Positions 56,983 through 64,000 of a stretch of DNA of 64,000 nt are shown piece after piece. Within the stretch, counting starts at the first letter, position 1, and every line of letters starts with the position of its first letter. The position numbers and the translations under genes are program-made. The stretch is from a virus (Duplodnaviria; Caudoviricetes), in IMG/VR virus record IMGVR_UViG_3300011429_000087, positions 32,001 to 96,000 of that record. One strand, written 5' to 3'. Under the pieces are notes generated by a model. The model did no database searches. It worked only from the letters and a program-made list of their open reading frames with translations, and was not told the DNA's origin.

Positions 56983-57491
56983 TGGGCGTGCATCTTCTAC
57001 AATATCCTATTTCCAAGTTCCCATTCTACGATTATGCAGATGTGAACGGGATGGACAAATTTATTTACGCATCACAGAATGGTGTTCCATTAGTTCCCTC
57101 GGACGAAGACTGTTCCAATTTCGTTAATGCGTTAATTCGCGACAAGGGATTCGGCGAATTCCACGACAAATATACTAAGTATGTTTCTGCACTCTTTAAC
57201 TCTGCCGGTACATATCCCTTTGAATTGCCAGGATTCAGAATTCACAAACGAGACAGTCTTCCATTTTATTCTGGCGTGCAGGCAGCTAAATATGTTATTT
57301 ATACTCCACTAACTCCGATGTTCTATACAAATTCCATCGCCGTAGAAAATTATGGAGCTGGCGACTACAACTTTATCAATATGAAAATAGGCGATCTTTA
57401 CATTCTTGAAACACGGCATAAAAAAGTGATAGATAGATTTCATAATAGTATGGGTCAGTTATCTATTTGCATGATGAGTTTCTTAGGATGA
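56982..57491 (+). CDS. Degenerate StrG-like/2OG-Fe(II) fold protein (tentative)
   Basis: PGFRIH...YTPLT..FYTNSIAVE...GDY..INMKIG resembles StrG-like proteins, but the HxD...H ligands are not evident. Confidence 0.4.
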   Translation: MGVHLLQYPISKFPFYDYADVNGMDKFIYASQNGVPLVPSDEDCSNFVNALIRDKGFGEFHDKYTKYVSALFNSAGTYPFELPGFRIHKRDSLPFYSGVQAAKYVIYTPLTPMFYTNSIAVENYGAGDYNFINMKIGDLYILETRHKKVIDRFHNSMGQLSICMMSFLG

Positions 57492-58198
57492 CTCCATGGC
57501 CTTGGACATTTGGTGTTATAACAGACGGCTCTAATCCGGCCCGCTTAGAACAATGCGTTGGTTCTATAGTAAGAGAATCAGCGGTAGAGGATGAGATAAT
57601 TGTGGTGGGGGGAACTCGGCAGCCATACCCATCTATAACTTGGATTCCATTTGATGAATCTATTAAGGACAAGTGGATTACTAAAAAGAAAAATATTATT
57701 GCCGAGACTTCGCATTACGAATGTTTATGTATAATGCATGATTATGTTTCTCTAATGCCGGGCTGGCGACAAGGCGTAAATAATCTGCCCTATTCTACTC
57801 ACGGTCCAGACTGGTTAACGGCCACCAATAAGATACTCAATGCCGACAATACTCGTTTTAGAGACTGGTGTGTTATTTATAATGACGCATGGATGAATCC
57901 GCCCATTGATGATCAGAAGCCGCCATATAATATAAATGGACATCTATTGAATTATACTAATAATACTATGGGCAGATGGCAGTATTATTCAGGAGCATAT
58001 TTCTGTGTTACTAAGAGTATATTACTCAACATTCCATTAAATGAATCCCGCTGTTGGGGTCACGGAGAGGATGTAGAGTGGTGCAGACGTTTATATCGAG
58101 AGTACGGACAAGAGGCATTTTTATTTAATGCCTCTTCAACAGTTAAATTCCTCAAACAAAAGGATAGAGCCCCCTGGGAGGGGTTTTCACCAATATGA
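57488..58198 (+). CDS. GT2-like glycosyltransferase
   Basis: WTFGVIT..EIIVVG..WITKKKN..IMHDY..SGAYF..GEDVEW. Confidence 0.8.
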   Translation: MTPWPWTFGVITDGSNPARLEQCVGSIVRESAVEDEIIVVGGTRQPYPSITWIPFDESIKDKWITKKKNIIAETSHYECLCIMHDYVSLMPGWRQGVNNLPYSTHGPDWLTATNKILNADNTRFRDWCVIYNDAWMNPPIDDQKPPYNINGHLLNYTNNTMGRWQYYSGAYFCVTKSILLNIPLNESRCWGHGEDVEWCRRLYREYGQEAFLFNASSTVKFLKQKDRAPWEGFSPI

Positions 58199-58902
58199 AT
58201 CAAGAAAAATATTCGGATATGCAGCGTAGGCAATATGAAATAGAAGCTTCCAGATGGTCACTATCCGAACGCGATCATGTGGTTGGCTCTTTCGAAGCCC
58301 ACAATAATCATAAAGATTATGAGGACTTCTTGTTATTTGGTTTTGATAGGCCGAACCTAATCGCCCTGGATTTCGGTTGCGGCCCCGGACGCAATCTCGT
58401 TCATTTTGGTCCACAATTTAAACGTATGGACGGAGTTGATATTGCTCAAAACAATTTAGAGAAAGCCAAGTTATGGCTAACCCATAATAATGTTTGGAAA
58501 GATGATATAAGACTAATTATTTGTAATGGTAGAGACTTAGCCAATATCGAAAACGATTATTACGATCTTGTGATTAGTACAATTACTCTACAGCATATTT
58601 GCGTTCATTCTATTCGCTATAGCTTATTTCAGGAATTTCATAGAGTCATAAAGTTGGGCGGATGGATTAGTCTACAAATGGGATATGGGCCAAAAGTAGA
58701 TATGCGTCAGAAAGCAGATTATTACGACGATTACGTTGATGCCGAAGGTACAAATGGTCACGCCGATACTATGGTAACTTCTCCAGATCAATTGTCTGGC
58801 GATCTAACAAAGATTGGTTTTAAAAATTTCTATCATGATATTAGGCCAACTGGTCCGGGCGATAAACATTCCGCTTGGATTTTCTTTAGGGCACAAAAAT
58901 GA
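58195..58902 (+). CDS. Class I SAM methyltransferase
   Basis: ALDFGCGPGRN, DGVDIA, YDLVISTITLQHI. Confidence 0.9.
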   Translation: MNQEKYSDMQRRQYEIEASRWSLSERDHVVGSFEAHNNHKDYEDFLLFGFDRPNLIALDFGCGPGRNLVHFGPQFKRMDGVDIAQNNLEKAKLWLTHNNVWKDDIRLIICNGRDLANIENDYYDLVISTITLQHICVHSIRYSLFQEFHRVIKLGGWISLQMGYGPKVDMRQKADYYDDYVDAEGTNGHADTMVTSPDQLSGDLTKIGFKNFYHDIRPTGPGDKHSAWIFFRAQK

Positions 58903-59549
58903 TTAGAGCAATTCTTTATGATTTAGATGGTGTTTTAGTAGATGCTGTCAATATACATAAGAACGCCTTTAATAGTGCCATCCAACAAATTGTCGGCATC
59001 ACTTTAACAGACAAAGAGCATGAAGAAGAATTTAATGGTTTGCCAACTAAGAGAAAGCTAGACATTCTTCTACAGCAAAATAGAATTTATGCGGCACACG
59101 TTCCTTTTATAGAACGTCTTAAACAAGAAATAACCATATCGGCCATCAACGCTTTTTTTACTGTAGATTATACAAAAACCACGCTTCATTCGTGGACAAA
59201 ACAACATAATATTAAAATAGCATGTGTCACAAATTCAATTCGTGAAACTGCCGAACTGATGTTAATTAAGACGGCCCAACTTAGATATATGAACGTCTTA
59301 ATCAGTAATCAAGATGTTGATTATCCTAAGCCGAGTCCAGAAGGATATTTTAAGGCTATGGCTCTTTTGGGTGTTAAACCGTCTTCTACATTAATTGTAG
59401 AGGATTCTGAAAAGGGCGTTTCGGCAGCCATTAAGACTGGTGCTTACGTAATGAGAGTGCATTCACCGGCCGATGTTAATATAGATTCTATTAGGAGCCA
59501 AGTAATTGAAAACAGCTTTGGTATTATCAGGCCAACCACGTTGCCTTGA
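58899..59549 (+). CDS. HAD-superfamily phosphatase
   Basis: YDLDGVLVD, VTNS, KPSPEGY, IVEDSEKG. Confidence 0.92.
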   Translation: MIRAILYDLDGVLVDAVNIHKNAFNSAIQQIVGITLTDKEHEEEFNGLPTKRKLDILLQQNRIYAAHVPFIERLKQEITISAINAFFTVDYTKTTLHSWTKQHNIKIACVTNSIRETAELMLIKTAQLRYMNVLISNQDVDYPKPSPEGYFKAMALLGVKPSSTLIVEDSEKGVSAAIKTGAYVMRVHSPADVNIDSIRSQVIENSFGIIRPTTLP

Positions 59550-60213
59550 TCAATGTTTCGATTCTTTAAAGAAATTCATCATCGCCCCTCTTGAGGCCGA
59601 TGTATTTTTTCATTTCTGGAATACATCATTTCTTCCGTTTGAGGATCGTATAACTAAGGTTTTATATGGCACAGAATATATACCAGAATGGAAAGCGTTT
59701 GATGGAGAATATGCCTCCAAGTACATGCCCCTTCTTAATCCGAAAAGATTTATAGTTGAGCCACAAATCTATATTAATGATTCTCATTTTCGTCAAGCTT
59801 GTAATCCTATGAATAGTAGGATGCAGGCAAAAGCATTCTTGCATGTGTTAAGCATGTTTTACTCTATTAATCGGGCTCATCAATGTATGACGGAATGGAC
59901 AGAAAAGACTGGCATAAAATATGATATTATGATTCGATGCAGAACGGATATGTTGTTTTGGCAAACGCCAGATATTAGTGGTGCCAATAACATTCTGATT
60001 CCAGAGAATGACGGTTACGGCGGATTAAACGATCAATTAGCTATTAGTGATAATTGGAACCATATGAACGTCTATGCTTCTTGCCTAGATAATATTCAGA
60101 CTTTATTTGACGCCGGAACTAATTTTCATCCAGAAACCATTTTAAGAGATCATCTCAAGATGCATAATATACCTGTGAGGCTTATTGGTCAAAGTTATGG
60201 ATTAATCAGATGA
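59506..60213 (+). CDS. Putative glycosyltransferase (ALxLSGQPR family)
   Basis: TALVLSGQPR, DVFFHFW, SMFYSI, YDIMIRCRTD, NDQLAI, HPETIL. AGGAG RBS with a TTG start. Confidence 0.55.
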   Translation: MKTALVLSGQPRCLDQCFDSLKKFIIAPLEADVFFHFWNTSFLPFEDRITKVLYGTEYIPEWKAFDGEYASKYMPLLNPKRFIVEPQIYINDSHFRQACNPMNSRMQAKAFLHVLSMFYSINRAHQCMTEWTEKTGIKYDIMIRCRTDMLFWQTPDISGANNILIPENDGYGGLNDQLAISDNWNHMNVYASCLDNIQTLFDAGTNFHPETILRDHLKMHNIPVRLIGQSYGLIR

Positions 60214-60944
60214 AACTACTCGTTCCTATGTCGGGTCGCGGACAGCGATTTAAAGATAAGGGCTATACATTCCCAAAACCATTAATAGATGTTAATGGCA
60301 AACCCATGATAGAAGTTGTATTAAATTCGCTACCAAAAGCTGATGAATACATCTTTATTGTTCAATTAGAACATGAACATCAATATGGCATTAGTAATTT
60401 ACTTAACAGGCTGACGAACGATAGAGCCGTCTGTATCGTGACTGATAAAATAACTGAAGGTGCGGCGTGTAGTGCTCTATTGGCTCGTGAACTTTTATTA
60501 GATGATGAGCCACTTTTAATTGCTAATTCCGATCAATTTGTTGAATATAGCATAGACAATTTTAATCTTATTACTAAGATTGCCCAACGCGACACGCAAC
60601 TGGTTCCACCACACGCAATGGCGGGCATGATCTTTACGTTTCATGCAACACATCCTAAGTGGAGTTTTGTTCAAGTCAGAAATCATTGGATTACTAGAGT
60701 TGCCGAAAAAGATCCAATCTCTAACATTGCTACCTGTGGCATTTATTATTGGACTCGTTCAGCCGACTTTGTGAATTCTGCCGATGCGATGATTGCGGCG
60801 AATGATCGGGTTAATGGAGAATTTTATATAGCTCCTACTTTTAACTATCTCATTAAAGATTATCAATGGATTGCCCCATTCTTTGTTGATAAGATGTGTG
60901 GATTAGGAACTCCAGAAGATTTAGAAGCTTTTCTAAATGAATAA
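60210..60944 (+). CDS. Sugar-phosphate nucleotidyltransferase
   Basis: PMSGRGQRF..GYTFPKPLIDV.GKPMI, TEGAACS, IANSDQ, VAEK..IS..ATCGIY, NGEFYIAP, LGTPEDL. Confidence 0.9.
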   Translation: MKLLVPMSGRGQRFKDKGYTFPKPLIDVNGKPMIEVVLNSLPKADEYIFIVQLEHEHQYGISNLLNRLTNDRAVCIVTDKITEGAACSALLARELLLDDEPLLIANSDQFVEYSIDNFNLITKIAQRDTQLVPPHAMAGMIFTFHATHPKWSFVQVRNHWITRVAEKDPISNIATCGIYYWTRSADFVNSADAMIAANDRVNGEFYIAPTFNYLIKDYQWIAPFFVDKMCGLGTPEDLEAFLNE

Positions 60945-61632
60945 TCTACAACAAATTATGGTGGCTAGTTTACAGCCATACGCACCAATCAAATATAAGT
61001 TCACTAATCAAAGTTTACAGATGGATATGGCGGGCAGTCCTCTATCCATTCGCGAAAATGAGTTTGAGTTCTTAAAGAAATACATTATTATTAATAACTT
61101 GAAAACTGGCTTTGAATTAGGTACTGGTTTTGGAATATCTACAGCAGCCATTGGATTGGGTTTTAGAAGAACCGGCGGCCATTTAATTTCTATGGATGCG
61201 TATACAGAAGAAAAATTTCAGAGCTATGAATATGTAGCATCCAATAAAGACGTATATCGAGATGCGATAGGATATAAATCCGCCAAGTTTCTTATGAAAG
61301 AATTAGAACTAGAAAATACCGTAGATATTGTTTGTGGCTGGAGTCCTACAGACATACCTACAATACTTAAACCGTACCTTCAACAGTCTCGTCAATTAGA
61401 TTTTGTATTTATAGACGCAATGCATAACGATGAATCAGTGATGAATGACTTAACTGCCATCTTTCCGTTTATGTCGAAAAAATTTGTATTATTCTTACAT
61501 GACGTTCATTGCTTTTCGCAATCTACAAAAGACCATATTAAAAGTTTATTTGGCAAAATATATGCCGTTATCCCTAGCTGTAGTTTAGATATTGGGTTAG
61601 GTTATAATCTGGCCATAGTTAATAGGTTATAA
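60937..61632 (+). CDS. Class I SAM methyltransferase (Methyltransf_24-like)
   Basis: FELGTGFGIST, LDFVFIDAMH, FLHD. Confidence 0.88.
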   Translation: MNNLQQIMVASLQPYAPIKYKFTNQSLQMDMAGSPLSIRENEFEFLKKYIIINNLKTGFELGTGFGISTAAIGLGFRRTGGHLISMDAYTEEKFQSYEYVASNKDVYRDAIGYKSAKFLMKELELENTVDIVCGWSPTDIPTILKPYLQQSRQLDFVFIDAMHNDESVMNDLTAIFPFMSKKFVLFLHDVHCFSQSTKDHIKSLFGKIYAVIPSCSLDIGLGYNLAIVNRL

Positions 61633-61633
61633 C

Positions 61634-62569
61634 ATGTCTACAATCCTTGTAACTGGTGCCGGTGGATTCGTTGGTAAGAATCTAATTAGATATTGGATGG
61701 CTAATAATCCAGATTATGATAGATTGCTTACACCATCTAGCAAAGATGTCAATTTAGTATCATATGGAAGTACTTATCAATTTATACGTAGGATTGGTAA
61801 ACTAGATGGTATTATCCACTTAGCGGCACTATGTGGCGGCATAGGTATTAATAAGGAACGGCCCGGCGATTTTATATATCAGAACATGATGATGGGTGCT
61901 AATATATTAGAATCCGCTCGACAGAACTCCATTCCCAAGGTGCTTTTATTGGGCACAGTTTGTCAATACCCAAAATTTGCCACCCCTCCATTTAAAGAGG
62001 ACGATATTTGGAATGGTTATCCAGAGGAAACAAACGCACCATATGGTATTGCCAAAAAAGCAATTATGGAAATGGGGCAAGCGTATCGTCGTCAATTTAA
62101 AATTAATATTATCACGCTTATCCCCACAAATCTTATTGGCGAATTTGACCATTTTGAAGAGGATAGATCACATGTTGTTCCCGCCCTCATTAAGAAGTTT
62201 GGTGATGCAATATATAATAAGCTTCCTTACGTTACCGTTTGGGGCGATGGAACAGCTAGTCGTGAATTCCTCGATGCTAGCGATTGTGCTCGTTCAATCT
62301 ATCTAGCATATAAAAATTATAATGGAAATTTACCAGTTAATATTGGAAACAATAAAGAGGTCACAATTAAAGAACTTGTCTATATGATTGCCAAGTTAAT
62401 GAATTATCGTGGCGACATTATTTGGGATAAAACAAAACCTAACGGGCAGCCGCGTCGTTGTCTAGACGTTTCTAGGGCAAAAGCACTATTTGGTTTTGAA
62501 GCCAAAATCACTCTAGAAGAATCGCTAAATAGAGCTATAGAATATGCGAAGGAGAATGGATATGCATAA
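61634..62569 (+). CDS. fcl: GDP-L-fucose synthase
   Basis: VTGAGGFVG, HLAALCGGI, LGTVCQYPK, NAPYGIAKK, PTNL, SHVVPALI, WGDGTASREFL, KPNGQPRR. Confidence 0.93.
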   Translation: MSTILVTGAGGFVGKNLIRYWMANNPDYDRLLTPSSKDVNLVSYGSTYQFIRRIGKLDGIIHLAALCGGIGINKERPGDFIYQNMMMGANILESARQNSIPKVLLLGTVCQYPKFATPPFKEDDIWNGYPEETNAPYGIAKKAIMEMGQAYRRQFKINIITLIPTNLIGEFDHFEEDRSHVVPALIKKFGDAIYNKLPYVTVWGDGTASREFLDASDCARSIYLAYKNYNGNLPVNIGNNKEVTIKELVYMIAKLMNYRGDIIWDKTKPNGQPRRCLDVSRAKALFGFEAKITLEESLNRAIEYAKENGYA

Positions 62570-63053
62570 ACGTCGTCTTTTGCCAAGTAAAATACCTATA
62601 ATAGATAAATTTAATTTATTGATAAATAAGAATTCCGGTATATTCGGCGAGAGTAACGATTATCTCACAGAATGTTGGCAGTGGTGTGGCGAAATACTAA
62701 ATAATGGTTATGGCCGAATGACATATATGCATAGCCGATTCATGGCTCATAGATGGTCATACGAATATTTTAATGGTCCAATCCAAGACGGTATGCAGAT
62801 AGATCATCTCTGTAGAGTTAGAAGATGCGTGAATCCAAAACACTTAGAACAGGTTACATGTTCTGAAAACTTGGCACGCGGCAATACCGTTAATGCAATT
62901 AATAGGAAGAAAACACATTGTATTCGTAATCACGAATTTACTGAAATTAATACTGGTATAGATTTTCGTGGCGATAGATATTGTAGAGAATGTGCTAGAC
63001 AAAAGGCTCTAAAATTTAGAGCCAAAAAGAAACTGGAGAATCCTTCATGTTAA
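62556..63053 (+). CDS. Free-standing HNH endonuclease
   Basis: CWQWCG...GYG...AHRWSY...IDHLCRVRRCVNPKHLEQVT..EN, with C-terminal THC..NH..YCREC. AGGAG RBS. Start is 62556 or 62562. Confidence 0.9.
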   Translation: MDMHKRRLLPSKIPIIDKFNLLINKNSGIFGESNDYLTECWQWCGEILNNGYGRMTYMHSRFMAHRWSYEYFNGPIQDGMQIDHLCRVRRCVNPKHLEQVTCSENLARGNTVNAINRKKTHCIRNHEFTEINTGIDFRGDRYCRECARQKALKFRAKKKLENPSC

Positions 63054-64000
63054 AAGCTGTTATAACTGGCTGCACTGGGCAAGATGGATTTTATCTAACT
63101 AAACTACTTCTCAATAAGGGTTATCGAGTTATAGGCGTGCGTCGCCGAACCTCTCTACCCACGGATCGCCGCCTTGCGGCTTTTAGAGGGACTCCAAACT
63201 TTGTTTTGGTTGATGGGGACGTAACTGATCAGGGCAGTATTGAACAGGTCATAGGTGACTTTAAGCCCGACGAATTCTATCATCTAGCCGCACAATCCCA
63301 CGTTCAGAGGTCTTGGGATTATCCCACTATGACGGCACAAGTAACTGGCCTCGGCACATTAAATTGTCTTGAGGCAATTCGTCGTGTCTATCCACAGTGC
63401 AGATTTTATTTCGCCGGTTCTTCTGAGCAGTTCGGCAATTCTGCCGAAGGGGGCGTCCAGCTAGATGAATCGTCACCCATGATTCCAGAATCTCCATATG
63501 CCGCAGCTAAAGTCTTCGGCTATAACATTTCTCAGGTCTATCGCAGATCCTACAATATGTTCGTTAGTTGCGGAATATTATTCAATCATGAATCGCCAAT
63601 GCGTGGCGAAGAATTTGTGACTCGTCGCATTACAATGGGATTAGCTAGAATCAAACACGGCCTACAGGCACATTTAACGCTCGGTAATCTAAACGCAAAG
63701 CGTGATTGGGGATTCGCTGGTGACTATGTGGAAGCGATGTGGAAGATGCTCCAAATCGACCGCCCAATGGATTTCGTTATTGCCACCGGCGAAACCCACA
63801 GCGTTCAGGAATTCGTTGACGCGGCCTGTGAATTCTATGGACTAAATGCTGCCCAAGTGATTCAGAGCGACCCTAAACTATTTCGCCCCAAGGATGTTAA
63901 TGTCCTCATCGGGAATTCGCGACTCGCTAAAAAGCATCTACAGTGGGAAGCAAAGACGCATTTTAATTCTCTTGTTACCGGGATGTGTGCATATGATTTA
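63047..64000 (+). CDS. gmd: GDP-mannose 4,6-dehydratase (3'-truncated, not in the ORF track)
   Basis: MLKAVITGCTGQDGFYL, HLAAQSHV, SSEQFG, SPYAAAK, GILFNHESPMRGEEFVTRRI, LGNLNAKRDWG. Confidence 0.95.
   Translation, partial: MLKAVITGCTGQDGFYLTKLLLNKGYRVIGVRRRTSLPTDRRLAAFRGTPNFVLVDGDVTDQGSIEQVIGDFKPDEFYHLAAQSHVQRSWDYPTMTAQVTGLGTLNCLEAIRRVYPQCRFYFAGSSEQFGNSAEGGVQLDESSPMIPESPYAAAKVFGYNISQVYRRSYNMFVSCGILFNHESPMRGEEFVTRRITMGLARIKHGLQAHLTLGNLNAKRDWGFAGDYVEAMWKMLQIDRPMDFVIATGETHSVQEFVDAACEFYGLNAAQVIQSDPKLFRPKDVNVLIGNSRLAKKHLQWEAKTHFNSLVTGMCAYDL

Noticed and set aside
238-62586. Numerous minus-strand and nested plus-strand ORFs in the track
   Set aside because: Almost all lie within longer, motif-bearing + strand genes, and none shows a recognisable domain. 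Treated as shadows.
37065-64000. Host chromosomal capsule or O-antigen locus flanking a prophage
   Set aside because: It is continuous and translationally coupled with phage genes, contains a phage-type MazG and homing endonucleases, and lacks export/polymerase genes and any att or integrase boundary.
1-64000. Stop-codon reassignment
   Set aside because: Genes are full length in code 11, and TAA, TGA and TAG all terminate genes at sensible positions.
1-64000. CRISPR array, tRNA or rRNA genes
   Set aside because: Intergenic gaps are short and no repeat-spacer or cloverleaf pattern was seen. The Cas4-like gene has no cas neighbours. Not verified with dedicated tools.

Overview
The window is a 64-kb segment of a large tailed dsDNA bacteriophage. 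It uses the standard genetic code and every credible gene is on the + strand. It has three blocks. (1) About 1-25.7 kb is a siphovirus-like tail module: tail terminator, major tail tube, two paralogous chaperone-like proteins, a 1683-aa tape measure, distal tail/hub proteins and a 1560-aa LamG/PKD fibre. (2) About 25.7-37 kb is a bacterial-type replication and recombination block: RecA, DnaB, DnaG, a Cas4-like nuclease, ClpP, DnaE, SSB and a minimal sigma factor. (3) About 37-64 kb is a very large soluble glycan-synthesis cluster: ~12 glycosyltransferases, 6 SAM methyltransferases, an NTP-transferase, a HAD phosphatase, gmd/fcl for GDP-L-fucose, a GuaB-like enzyme and MazG. Free-standing homing endonucleases occur in blocks 1 and 3. 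The main candidate novel system is this: outer virion proteins are strongly and directionally enriched in a Ser-Gly-hydrophobic motif that is nearly absent from the tape measure, the chaperone checked and replication enzymes. This suggests a phage-encoded, sequon-directed O-glycosylation of the virion by the adjacent cluster. Other notable features are a LAGLIDADG element that appears to have swapped the C-terminus of a glycosyltransferase, an HNH-GuaB in-frame fusion, and a 15-nt late-promoter-like motif built into three TAG stop codons, one copy preceding a ~95-nt structured RNA. All calls come from manual motif recognition, and counts are by hand and approximate.
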